From Lama guanicoe (lineage: Eukaryota): DNA of 64,000 nt. The stretch is taken from positions 2,338,324 through 2,402,323 of the forward strand of contig MU053559.1 of the NCBI GenBank assembly GCA_013239625.1, read 5' to 3'. The notes under the pieces were generated by a model. That model saw nothing but the letters and a program-made list of their open reading frames with translations, was not told the origin of the DNA and searched no databases. A program made the translations under genes and the position numbers. This document shows positions 38,557 to 50,659 of this stretch, piece by piece (position 1 is the first letter of the stretch; each line of letters starts with the position of its first letter).

Positions 38557-39305
38557 TTTAAACATTTTTTATTGATTTATAATCATTTTACAATGTTGTG
38601 TCAAATTCCAGTGTTCAGCACAATTTTTCAGTCATTCATGGACATATATACACTCATTGTCACATTTTTTTTTCTGTGAGTTATCATAACATTTTGTGTA
38701 TATTTCCCTGTGCTATACAGTGTAATCTTGTTTATCTATTCTACAATTTTGAAATCCCAGTCTATCCCTTCCCACCCTCCACCCCNNNNNNNNNNNNNNN
38801 NNNNNNNNNNNNNNNNNNNNNNNNNNNNNNNNNNNNNNNNNNNNNNNNNNNNNNNNNNNNNNNNNNNNNNNNNNNNNNNNNNNNNNNNNNNNNNNNNNNN
38901 NNNNNNNNNNNNNNNNNNNNNNNNNNNNNNNNNNNNNNNNNNNNNNNNNNNNNNNNNNNNNNNNNNNNNNNNNNNNNNNNNNNNNNNNNNNNNNNNNNNN
39001 NNNNNNNNNNNNNNNNNNNNNNNNNNNNNNNNNNNNNNNNNNNNNNNNNNNNNNNNNNNNNNNNNNNNNNNNNNNNNNNNNNNNNNNNNNNNNNNNNNNN
39101 NNNNNNNNNNNNNNNNNNNNNNNNNNNNNNNNNNNNNTATCACCTCACACCAGTCAGAATGGCCGTCATTCAAAAATCCACAAATGACAAATGCTGGAGA
39201 GGCTGTGGAGAAAGGGGAACCCTCCTACACTGCTGGTGGGAATGCAGTTTGGTGCAGCCACTATGGAAAACAGTGTGGAGATTCCTCAAAAGACTAGGAA
39301 TAGAC
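38557..39305 (-). mobile_element. Young L1 with 5' inversion (minus-strand 3' UTR, gap, plus-strand ORF2 end)
   Basis: TSD ttattttaaaatttattt (38539-38556) / ttattttaaagtttattt (39306-39323). The inversion point lies in the N gap. Confidence 0.75.
38786..39137. other. Assembly gap (352 N)
   Basis: Run of n. Confidence 0.99.
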
Positions 39306-39536
39306 TTATTTTAAAGTTTATTTATTTAAAAAATTTACATATATGTACTGTTCATTGTTTCTAAGAACAGTTTAGAGCTTTAGCTTTTTATAAACTTACA
39401 TAGTTATCAAAGGAATAATGCCAACTACAAAATACAAATCAACAGAAAGCAGTAATCCAATCATAAAAGACAGTCAAATGTGCTTACACATATTCAAGAA
39501 AGCAATCATCTAAGTTATAAATAATAAGTAGTTCAT

Positions 39537-39584
39537 AGATGACTGGATAAAGAAGATGTGGTATACATATATATATATATATAG

Positions 39585-39616
<32 letters not shown>

Positions 39617-39761
39617 AATGGAATACTACTCAGCCATAAAAATGAATAAAATAATGCCATTTGCAGTAACATGGATGGACCTGGAAATTCTCATTCTAAG
39701 TGAAGTAAGCCAGAAAGAGAAAGAAGAACGCCATATGTGGAATCTGAAAAAAACAGGGACA
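39537..39761 (+). mobile_element. L1 fragment, the inverted segment of the outer insertion, with a (TA)n(CA)n repeat
   Basis: agatgactggataaagaagatgtgg...gtggaatctg abuts the 18-bp repeat caaacacagctgattatt (39762-39779), which also occurs at 38518-38535. Confidence 0.85.
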
Positions 39762-39779
39762 CAAACACAGCTGATTATT

Positions 39780-40500
39780 AAAATGATGTAACCCCCATCC
39801 CAAACCTCTCCTCTGAGATTCAGACCAGCATACCCAATGTCCTACTTAACAGCTTCCCTTTCAGCTTTCAAAGATACCTCAAATTCAAGAGGTCCAAGTC
39901 TGACCTTTTGCTTTCCCTCCAATATGACTCTCTTTTAGTGTTCCTTGCTTTAATCAGTAGCTCCACCAAATTGGACATGATAGAAATCCAGGAATCTTCT
40001 TTGGCACCTACATCTCTCTTACTCTTTATAGCCAGTTCATCAAAAAACACTGTCGATTTCCCCTCCTATACCCATCTACTTCCATCGGTCTCCTGTGCTA
40101 CCACCTTAGTCTAAGCTACAATCATTTCCTGCCTAGACTATCAGAAGAGGTCTCCTGAACCCTGCCTGTCCACCTCCAGTACATTCAGCACAATCCATAC
40201 ACAATAATCACCAAATGAGAATCGGGGTATGTAGTGTCTCTCAAATAACCTTCATCAGCTACCCATTGTTCTGAGCATAAGGAGATACAATTGAAAATGA
40301 CAAGGATTTCAAGGGTGATCTGACACTTTATGCTTCTAGCCACTCTTCCCCTCACTCCTTGTTGTTTAGCCACACCACCCTTATTTCCGTGCCTTTGAAT
40401 GTGTCATGATATTTTCAACACAACCGTATCTGAAGCATTGTCTGAAACATTGTTTTCTTCTATATACTTCAGAGCTCGGGTCAAACTTCACTGCCTGAGG
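39780..40500 (+). mobile_element. L2 fragment
   Basis: cccaaacctctcctctgagattcagacc...acctcaaattcaa...ccaccttagtctaagctacaatcatttcctgcctagacta. Confidence 0.75.
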
Positions 40501-41441
40501 GAAGCCAGGTAGAAATGCTTTCTACCCCACATCAGAGTACAGGGTAAAAGAGAGCTCCAGGGGCAGGAAAAGAAGGCATTTATAGGACCTTGTTTTATCA
40601 TTCTTTTCTACATCTGTTTTTTGTGTTGGTAGCTCTGTAGGTCTACTTTGCAAAACTACCTGCATCTCCTCATATCCCCAGAGGTCATGGCTGCATGCTT
40701 GAGAAACATAGGTTTGCAGTCCACATCATGGCCAGGCTCTGGCTGACAACTGACTCAACTTTGAGATATAAAGGGGGGAAAAATCTATCCCTTTATTGTC
40801 CCCATTGACCCTGGGATCAAGGAGTTGTTTCTATTATAGGCACTAAGGAGTGGAAACCAAGAAGTTTCCTTTTTCAGCCCTGTGGACACAGATCTTCAAC
40901 TGTTCAAGGTTGGTTCTAAATTTAGAATTGCTAAAGTTGGAGTGTTTGCTTAGTCTGACAAATACACTATTCTCCGGAGTCTAATATTTAGAGTCTACAT
41001 ATTTTTTTCCCTTTCAAAAAATGCTACAGACTATGACTGCTGTTCAGCTTGGGAATACTAATAGTCACTGTTAAAAACTCCCAAGTCATTCTGACTTTGA
41101 CTCTCTTCACCCAAAGCCATGACCAATATATTTCACTTGAGTAAAACTTAGTTACCATTTTCCCCATGCTATTCTGTCTTCCATGTCTCCTGGTTTCTCC
41201 CCAGAATTTAGTATTGAAACTGCCATTTATGGGAATGCATTTTGCTAATTATGCTCCAGTTAGGATGAGTCACATGAGCCACATTGCTAAGTTGTGAGTA
41301 CACAATAGACTGTTGCTGAACTGCTGAAAACAGGAAAATAAAACTATAACAGTCTACTTCAGAAATGAGAGATGGGGCAAACTCCTTAGATCTGATTAAA
41401 TATTAGATTTCAGTTATTTAGGGTTTCCCCCCTTTCTCTCA

Positions 41442-44000
41442 GCTTTATTGTCTTTTATGTTTCCATACAAATTTTAGATTTGTTCTATTTCTGTGAAAAA
41501 TGCAACTGGTATTTGATAGGGATTGTATTGAATCTGTAGATTACCTTGGATAGTATGGTCATTTCAACAATATTAATTCTTCCAGTCCATGAACATGGTG
41601 TATCTTTCCATCTGTCTGTGTTGTCTTCAGTTTCTTTCATCAATGTCTTACAGTTTTCTAGGTACAGGTTTTTACCTCCTTAGATTTATTCCCAGGTACT
41701 TTATTCTTTTTGATGCAACTGCAAATGAGATTGTTTTCTTAATTTTCTTTCTGATAGTTCATTGTTAGTGTATAGAAACATAACAGATTTCTGTATATTA
41801 ATCTTGTATCCTGCAAGTTTACTGAATTCATTGATGAGTTCTAGTAGTTTTTTGGTCAGGACCATGTCATGTGCACAGTGACAGTTTTGCTTCTTCCTCT
41901 CCTTTTTGGATCTTTTTTATTTCTTTTTCTTATCTGATTGCTATAGCTAGAGCTTTCAATACAATGTTGAATAAAAAGTGGTGAGTATCCCTTAACTACT
42001 TATTGTGGATACAGATGATTTTACTACTTTTGCCTTTTAGCCTTCCTGCTAGCATTATAAGCAGTTGAGCTACTACCTTTACTATATATTTTACTTTAGC
42101 AATTTGATTTTTCCTTTCATACTTTTCATATTTCTAGTCATTGTCTTTTCCGCTTAGAGAACTTCCTTTAACTTTTCTTATAAAGCAGGTTTCATGGTGC
42201 TGAATACTTCTAGCTTTTGCTTGTCTGTAAAACTTTGATCTCTCCTTCAAATCTGAAAGAGAGCCTTGCCAGGTAGAGTAATCTTGGTTTTAGGTTTTTC
42301 CCTTTCATCACTTTAAATATATCTTGCTACTTCTTTCTGGTCTGCAGAATTTCTGCTGAAAATCTGCTCATAGCCTTCTGGGATTTCCCTTGTACATAAC
42401 TTGTTGCTTTTCCCTTGATGCTTTTAATATTCCCTCTTTATTGTTAATTTTTGCCATTTTAATTACAGTGTATTGTGGCGTGGTCCTCTTTGGGTTGACC
42501 CTGGTTGGGACTCTCTGTACAAACTGGACCTGGATATGTTTCCTTTCCCAGGTTAGGAATATTTTCAGCTATTATGCTTTATAATGTGTTCTCTGCCTCT
42601 TTCTCTCTCCTTTCTCATGTTGGACCCCTATAATGCAAATGTTAGTACATTTAATGTTGTCCCGGAGTTCTGCTAAACTGTCCTCATTGTTTAAATTCTT
42701 TTTTTTTTCTATACAACTTCACTGATTTCCACTACTCTGTGTTCCATTTTGCTGATCCATTCCTGTCTCATTTAATCTACTGTTGATTCCTCTGGTGTAT
42801 TTTTTTATTTCAGTTATTGTATTCTTTAAATATGTTTGGTTCTTCTTTATATTTTATTTTATTTTATTTTATTTTATTGAGTTATAGTCAGTTTACAATG
42901 TTGTGTCAATTTCCAGTGTAGAACACAGTTTTTCAGTTATACATGTACATACATGTATTCATTGTCACATACTTTTTCACCATGATCTACCACCTTCTTT
43001 ATATTTTCTAACTCTTCATTAGAAGCTTCTCACTTCTCACCCTGTCCATCCACTCTTCTCCTGATTTCTTTGAGCATCTTTGTGATCATTACCTTGAACT
43101 CTTTATTGGATAGATTGCTTATCTCTACTTTACTTAGTTTTCTTTCTGGTTTTTTACTGACCCTCTGGTCAGTAGAGCTATGTGCTCTAGGGTTGCCCTC
43201 TATGTGGGCTCTGTGGGTTCTTCTGTTGTGGTGAGCTGACTACTATGGGCACATTGGCCCCCTGTCTGGCTGGTTTTCAGGCCTGGCCTTGTATAGAGGC
43301 TGCCAGACACTTGTGGGCAGGGCCAGGTCCTGGTGTGGCTGGCTGCACAACCAGGGGAGTCCCTGTCCTGGTTTCGGCTCACTGGTGGGTGAGGCTGTGG
43401 CCCAGAACATCCTGGGGCTGGTGCCCACCAACTTGTGGGTGAAACCCAGTCTTGTGTCTAGTGCCGGCCCACTGATGGGAGGCACCGTGTCCTGGGGTCT
43501 CTGGCTATGAAGCAAGGGGTCCCAGAACTGGTGTTGGTCTGCTGGTGCGTGATGCCAGGGTCCAGGTCTGCCAAGCTCTGAGTACTGGTTGCTATGAGCC
43601 TTGCTCTCCTTCTTTATTTCTGTCTGATCTTCAGGGGTCAAAGCTTGCAGATTTCCCTGAGTGGGCCTCCGGGGAAGAACTCCACAATGCTAACGGCACT
43701 GGATGTCCACCTTGGGCTCTCTTTTACTCACTAGAGGAACCATAGACCCAGGAGGACCCTCTTGGTGTGGCACTGTGCTGGTCTTGGGAACGGAAATGTG
43801 CTAAGAGTGTAGTCGCTCCTCTTACCCTTCTAATGTGATCCTTCTCAGTCTCTGTGGTCTAAGGAGATGCTTCAGCCTCAGCCCCGGGTTCTGGGATTTT
43901 CACAATGGCGTCTTGTCCTTGGAGAGTTGTTATTTGGTCTTCTTGTGAGAAGTATTACAGTCAGGAACAACCTATAATGCTGTCTTGATGACATTGCTGC
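41442..44000 (-). mobile_element. L1 retaining its 5' UTR and decayed ORF1, joined by a large internal deletion to an ORF2 RT fragment
   Basis: GC-richer 5' UTR-like block at 43160-44000, ORF1-like sequence at about 42100-43150, and an abrupt switch at about 41986 to ORF2 (ctcaccactttttattcaacattgtattg). Confidence 0.8.
42856..42993 (-). mobile_element. Young L1 3' tail nested in L1 ORF1
   Basis: (ATTTT)n tail. 14-bp TSD cttctttatatttt at 42842-42855 and 42994-43007. Confidence 0.92.
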
Positions 44001-44311
44001 CTTTTTCCATCTTAATGAGAACATTCTGTTAACAAGAATTCAATCATCCCAAGAGTTTTAGAAGGGTACAAATGGAATGAAAGTTTTGGTGTCCACCCAG
44101 TGTAGCCTCGCAGAATCCATGGATCATTCTACTTGTGGTGGTAAATGAGTTGCTTCGTTCACTGCTTTAGGGCTGCCTTAAGCATAAATCCAAATTAAAA
44201 AGAAATATATAGACAGATTTATAACGTGCTTACTGTATGGGTTAAATTTTATCTCTTTGTTACATACCATTTAGTTCTCTTTCTTTTGAAGAAATTGGTA
44301 GGTCTACTATG

Positions 44312-44358
44312 TATATATATATATATATATATNNNNNNNNNNNNNNNNNNNNNNNNNN
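44312..44358. repeat. (TA)n microsatellite running into a 26-N assembly gap (44333-44358)
   Basis: Directly visible. Confidence 0.95.
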
Positions 44359-44770
44359 AAAGATGAAATAAAGTGGCTGCAAAAAGTAGAACTTTCTTTG
44401 GCACAGTTGATGATTGAGACCCCCTTCATGACCCATGGACTTTATTAATATCATGGTGCATGCGTCATTCTCTGATGGAAGGACTAGACTGGGGGGGACT
44501 GCAAGCTCACTTGTCTACAGATGCTAAAGTACTTAGGCCACATTGTCTCACAAGCCCATGTAGGTAGCCCTGCAACACTACACTGCAAAACACGCTGCCT
44601 TGTGCATGCAAGAGAATGACCTGCTTCTTTGGATTGGTGGACAGTATTTATTTCAGAGAGGGATCATCAGCAAATCTTCCGCTCACTGTAGTCTAAAATT
44701 CACATCCATAGGCCATAGTCACACTCAGCCTGAAAAGACATTACTGACCTGGAGAAAAGAACCATGCCTA

Positions 44771-44931
44771 GCGGGGAGGGTATAGCTCAGTGGTAGAGTG
44801 TATGATTAGCATGCACGAGGTCCTGGGTTCAATCCCCAGTACTTCCATTAAAATTAATTAATTAATTAAAACTTAATTACCTCTCCCCCATAAAAATGAT
44901 TTATAAAATTAAAAAAAAACCCACATAAGAA
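44771..44931 (+). mobile_element. vic-1-type camelid SINE
   Basis: ggggagggtatagctcagtggtagag...ggttcaatcccc. TSD aaaagaaccatg (44755-44766) / aaaagaagcatg (44932-44943). Confidence 0.92.
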
Positions 44932-46089
44932 AAAAGAAGCATGTGTAATTAACATGTTAAAATTCCAAGAGCTTGGCATAAGGGAAGGGGAAATCATGGA
45001 TGGCATATTCTCAAGACTGGCTTGCCAGGTAATCAGCCACAGGTAAGGGTAATATAAATCCACTTTCCTTGAAAGGTAAGCTACTGTTACCAATGCCAAG
45101 ATGTAAAACAAGACTGGAGTTGTTGTGGCAAATAAAGAAATATTCGTAATAACAGCACCACTAAAACTAGATATCACGCCAAGCTACAGGTTATAAGGAT
45201 GACTTTACTGACTCTACATGAGGCCGGAAAGGGTGTATCATTACTTTAGATTCAGGTTCTGAGCACAGTTTTTCAAAACTAGAAATAACATCCTTTGCAG
45301 ATTTGAACTGCAACTTGGCAGTGAAGTCACTTCGTTTTCCTGCTGATTCACCCAGAACATGGTAAAGAAAAAAACCAGTAAAAAAAAAAAAAAGTTCATG
45401 AAGTTTTTAATACATAAAACAGAAGATATTGGTTTTTGAGGCTTTTCTGCCTGATTTCTCTAAATGCTTCTCGAATTTGGAAGATGAATCCACACTCCTT
45501 CAGGCTCTGAAGGTCAGGATAGACCAGCTCTGACTTTTCCAGGAAATGAGTAATTGTAAGACCAGGGGACTCATTTCTGGAGGTCTGGAGGAATGTTTCA
45601 TCCAGAACCTGTAGGTGGGGTTTTCCCCCCACAGAAGGGCTTCAGGGAGTTCCAGAGGCGTGTGAAGGCTTGACATGGGAATAGTCAACTTAACACAGGC
45701 TTTCCCTGGAGATTCTGCCAGTCCTCTCAACTCTTACCCTGGGTTTCCCCACCCAGATGGGCTGGTCCTTTCTGTTTCTTTTCATTCTTTTCTTCTCTTA
45801 TTTTCAGCTCATTGCCTAACCATTCCTCCCCACAAACTCCAAATCTTAATACTCAGGCAAAAAAAAAACCTGAGAATTCTTGAACAAGCATCACTTAGAA
45901 TTCTCTTTTCCTGGAAGACATATCATCAAATGCTGTTTGTGAGACTCATACCAAGCCACAGGCCTGGAGAGCTCATAAGAATCATGGTTGGGAGAGGGAT
46001 ACATTCGTTAATTCTTTTGAAACGTGTGTTACGTTTAAAGAGAAGTTTATAGTTTTCATGTTAAAATGCAGTTAAGTGACTTTGTTTCC

Positions 46090-46350
46090 GTCTTTCACTT
46101 ATTCAACGAAAATGTACTGTGCACCTGCTATATGCCAGGCATAGTGTGGGGAGGTATTTGGATGGAAGACACTGTCCCTGCCTACAGAGATTCTTATAGG
46201 TTAGTGACGACGGTAAGTAGGAAAAACAGTAATTACAATATAGTGCTGAAAAGGCTACGAGAGATGTGCATTCAGCCAGTATGCCGTGGATAGTCAAGGA
46301 AGGTTACCAAGAGTTGGGGGCCCAATCCCTGAAGTCCTGAATGCTGAATA
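46090..46350 (-). mobile_element. L2 3' fragment
   Basis: ttcacttattcaacgaaaatgtactgtgcacctgctatatgccaggcatagtg. Confidence 0.75.
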
Positions 46351-46946
46351 GCTAATGAGACTCAATGTGTGTGGGCACGCAAGCACCCGCACATCCTCTC
46401 CCATAGTATCCTGAACTTCTTCTTGCCTCTCCTCCCAGTTGTTCAGTGTCTCTCTTTCTCACTAGCCTGTGATGCTCAATATTTACTATGTTGTTTTCAA
46501 GCAGAGCCTTGGGATCAGGGTCTCCATACAAGCATAGAGCAAATTGATACATCGTGCCCTCCCCAGCAAAGGGGGATGAGACGGCAGTAAGATCACCACT
46601 AGCAGAGGAGCTACTGGGATTTTTAGAACCTAAGAGGTTTCCTGTGTTGCTAAGCTTTAGAAAGGCTCAAGTTATCACTAAACACCATTTTCTGAGGTGT
46701 ATTACATAGCAATATGATCATGTAGACAGAAGAGTGAAGCAAGCCAAGCTCTGTCCAGTATTCTCTTTCCTCTCTGCGGTACCCTCAATTTTTCTTCTCC
46801 CTTCTCTGCCTGCTTTCTTTCCAACTTTCAGGAAAGAATCAGTAGAATCTTTGTGGTTATGTTTTCATTGTTTAGCTCTCACAGGGACTTATGCATTTCA
46901 GTATATGTCAGTGTCTTCATTCAAAAACCTGAATTTGTATTGGAAT

Positions 46947-47626
46947 TGATACAGGCAAATGGGGCACAAGAGGACGGCCATGTCCCAGGTCCCAGGCAAG
47001 TCCTTGAGATGCACTCCATCAAGTGAGGGTCCTTGGCTTCGTGCAGGAAAGATTTCAAGAGTAAGCCAGTTGAGTAAAAGTAGATTTATTCAGAGAGATG
47101 CATACTCCATAGAGCAAGTGTAGGCTATCTCAGAAGGCTAGAGAGGTCATGAGGCGTGGAGTGGGTGTTTATAGTAAAAGCAGATATATACTCCATAGAC
47201 AGGATGCGGGCCTTCTCAAAAACAAGAGAAAGGCAATAAGGTACAGGGTGGTTAGTTTTTATGAGCTTGATTATTTTACATGCTAACAAGTGGGAGGATT
47301 ATTCCAACTACTTTGTCAAGGGGCTGGGATTCCCAGGAATTGGGGCCCACCTACTTTTTTACCTTTTCTGGTCAGCCTGGGAACTGTCATGGCGCCTGTG
47401 GGTGTGTCATTTACCATGCTAATGTATTACAACGAGCATATAATGAAGCACAAGGTCTACTGGAAATCAAATCTCCCGCCATCTTGGGCCTCAAGGTTTA
47501 TTGGGAGTTGAATCTCCTGCCTTCTTGGGTCAAGGTCTGTTGGGAGTTGAATTCTTCATTATCTTGGTGCTAATTGCTGTGTCATTCCTTTAACGGCTGT
47601 GCCCTGCCCCCTTCCCTCCTGTCTCA
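46947..47626 (-). mobile_element. MER41-like ERV1 solo LTR
   Basis: tgatacagg...cctgtctca with perfect 4-bp TSD gaat (46943-46946, 47627-47630). Reverse-complement homologue of 26404-27055. Confidence 0.88.
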
Positions 47627-48218
47627 GAATGTATTTGGAAATTAGGAGGAAGATGAGATGGAACCTTTCTGATGCCTTCAGGCTCACCCTAGTAGGCAAA
47701 CAGCTATTCTGCCCATCCTCCTCATTCCTTCAAGGAATGATCTTGACACTTAATGACACTAAAGAGTAAAACAGAAACCCACACTACACACCTTCAACTG
47801 TAGGTCAGATTCCATGAAGATGAGTTCCAAGGGCTGCTCGCATTGCTTAGCTCTACTGGAATGTTGTTGTATTCAGTGTTAGGCAAACTGAATAAACTTA
47901 GCACTGGTTTAGAAATAGGTGATGTGATGGGACAGATGATCTCAAAATTCTCCAACTCTAAAATTCTGTGAATTCTATGAATTAAATGAATTAGATCCCT
48001 GTTAAATTCTACTTGTGACCTGGGGATAAGGTTAATAAAATTGTTGAAAAGCTTAGGTTTGTCTTTTCTCAGCTAATTTTCTATGATACAGTGATATATG
48101 ACAATGTTATAAAATCCACAATATAATGAGTGTGTAAAAGGTGAAGTAAACGCCTGGCCATCTTGGTTTCTTTTCCCAGAGGCAAACACTGTTAATATTT
48201 TCTTGTAGATTCTCCCAG

Positions 48219-48461
48219 TTATTTTTTTTAATTGAACTAGTCAGTTACAGTGTGTCAATTTCTGGTATATAGCACAATGTCCCAGTCATGCATAGACATA
48301 CATATATTTGTTTTCATATTCTTTTTCATTAAAAGTTATTACAAGATATTGAATATAATTCCCTGTGTTATACAGAAGAAATTTTGGTTTTTGATCTATT
48401 TTTATATATCTTGGGTAACATTTGCAAATCTCAAACTCCCAGATTTATCCCTTCCCACCCT
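48219..48461 (-). mobile_element. L1 3' tail
   Basis: ttttttaattgaactagtcagttacagtgtgtcaatttctgg...ttatcccttcccaccc. Confidence 0.85.
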
Positions 48462-50050
48462 GAGTCTATATTCTTGCTCTGCTGAGAATCAAAATTGTAA
48501 TTATGAGACATGTGTGAGAAAAAAACACACTAGATAATTAATTACAAAATGATTCAGATTCATCATTTTTGGTATTTTTATTAACTTGTTCCTTTTGGTT
48601 TTTTTTAGTATTACTATCAACTTACTTGGTTTATATTAGAACTGTCTCCCAACTATTTTCTATGCATACACAAAATCTTAGTCTTTCAAGGTAAGAATTT
48701 TCCATTATACAGTCCTGTTAGAAAGAGATACAATGAAAAATATATTTTATATTTTGATGTATCAACATAATATTCTTGAATCGTTTATATAGACTGGAGA
48801 ATTTTTGGGACATTTGATTTTTACTGTTTGTTGAAGTCTTTTCAAAATATTCATTAGCCTCAGGTCTATTTACATTAAATTAAAAGTGAGCAAAGTAATG
48901 ACACCAATGTATTTTTAATCTGTCTTCAGAAAGGAGGACACAGGTCAGGTGTCTTATTTTCAGTGCTGATGTTTCATTAATGGTTCTATGTTGTTTTGTG
49001 AAATGCATAGTTTCAAAAAAATTCATCAGTGTGTTTGGTGTGCTTCCTTGAAGCTGTGACAGTTTGAGATATTAGTAACTTCCTGGCATGATGCTGTTTT
49101 GAAAGAACCACCCTAGCTCTAGTCTGTGTTTTGTGAATGACAAATAGAGAATATTAGGAGCATATTACCAAAGAGTTAATAGTAAATTATCAGAGAAGAT
49201 CTGTGGGATTTTCGCTTTGTTGATTTCTAAGGAGAAGAATTCCCAGGGAAGTGACTGTTTAGCTTCCTGAAATGCCTTTTAACAAGCCTTTTTTGGCCTC
49301 ATGGAAAGCCAAGTCCAAGTTCTTCATTGTTGCTAAATGCTAAATCCTGTAACTCAGCCAGACCTCCTGCTGCCTAAATTGATCCTATTAACCAGATAGT
49401 TGCTAGGTTTTCACTTCTGCCTGAAATGACTCTCCTAGAGACTAGAATGGGGCATTTTGAGATGAACAACCCAACCCTTCTGTAAAGCCTTTATATCAGC
49501 AATGGGATATGCCCCTGAAAATAGTGTAAAACAGCTTGAACAGTGGTTTATTGCTTTGCCTGTCGAGATGCAGGTAGATGACAAAGAACACACTGAGTGC
49601 AATGACACTAGTGTACATTGGGCTCTTGGCTGGGGAGGTCGGGGGGGCGGTTTCTGAACCTACACATCGTCTAAAAGACATCCAGATGGATGGAAACTTA
49701 GGAACTTCTCCTTCTAGCATCAAGAGACTTATGATCAGCGTTTGCTGAAACGTAACGCAAGAGCAGCCCTTGAACATGGTATGAAGAAAGCTGCCCTTGT
49801 TTTGTTCCCAATAGGAAAGCACCACAAAAGAACAAGATTGGACCTGTGTAAATACTGAGCAGCAAGAACAGCAGAACTTTATGTAAGAGCTTCTTAGGGA
49901 TTTAGAGAAGGCGAATAAAGGTGGGGGAAGAGCAAGGTGGGGAAAGACCAAGGGAGGCTTAAGAAAGGTGCTTACATTTTTGTGAGTGGGGAATCATATG
50001 TAGATGTTAAATCATTAAACATTTAGCATTTTAAGGTATCTTGGATCTTT

Positions 50051-50138
50051 GGCGGGGGTACAGCTCAGTGGTAGAGTGCATGCTTAGCATGCACGAGGTC
50101 GTGGGTTCAACCCCCAGCACCTCCATGAAAAAAAAGAC
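50051..50138 (+). mobile_element. Short vic-1-type SINE or tRNA-Ala(AGC) retrocopy
   Basis: tRNA-like head followed directly by an A run. Imperfect 17-bp TSD taaggtatcttggatct / taaagtatatcggatct. Confidence 0.85.
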
Positions 50139-50356
50139 TAAAGTATATCGGATCTAGGTTATGTCAACAGATAGGGAAAATTACAACAACAATAAAAATA
50201 AAAGCGGGAAACTTGTTTACAGCCTTTTTTAACACGTGGGAATTCAATCTATGATGGCTTCAATCTACAAAATGAAAAGGATCATGGGAAGAAATTCAGA
50301 TGCTAAATGCTGGATAATTAAATTGGCACATGTTGACTCTGAAGAAAATCTGGGAT

Positions 50357-50645
50357 CGTGGTGGGGCAGACTGTTACATTGGTGACTTCCAATGAAACAC
50401 ACCTCCCAGTATTCATACCCTTGTGTAGTCCTCTTCAAAACTGACTCGGGCTTGGCCATCTGACTCGCTTTGGCCAATGGAACATCAGCAGGCAAGATGA
50501 CACAGAGGCTTGAGAAACCAATCGCGTTGGGACTTGTCCTTCTGAAGCGTTGTTGTAAAGACACTTGAGCTAGATTATAGAATGAGGAGAGGAGTATTAA
50601 GACACTATGTTTGGTTTATTATGCAGCACTTAGATACCTAAAACA
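50357..50645 (+). mobile_element. MLT1 MaLR LTR, internally deleted
   Basis: cctcccagtattcatacccttgtgtagtcc...tgactcgctttggccaatggaaca...ttatgcagcacttagatacctaaaaca. Confidence 0.75.
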
Positions 50646-50659
50646 AATAGCCATGTAAA

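Noticed and set aside
38598..39314. Longest ORFs in the track (238, 195 and 145 aa)
   Set aside because: Artefacts of translating through the N gap between L1 pieces.
26404..47626. A single provirus bounded by the two ERV1 LTRs
   Set aside because: The LTRs have opposite orientation and separate TSDs, and no gag/pol/env is visible between them.
49200..49275. kB/ETS/forkhead-like motif cluster
   Set aside because: The matches are short or imperfect and cannot be told from background without conservation data.
49496..49951. 151-aa minus-strand ORF in unique DNA
   Set aside because: Non-ATG start, no recognisable domain and no clear exon boundaries. Compatible with chance.
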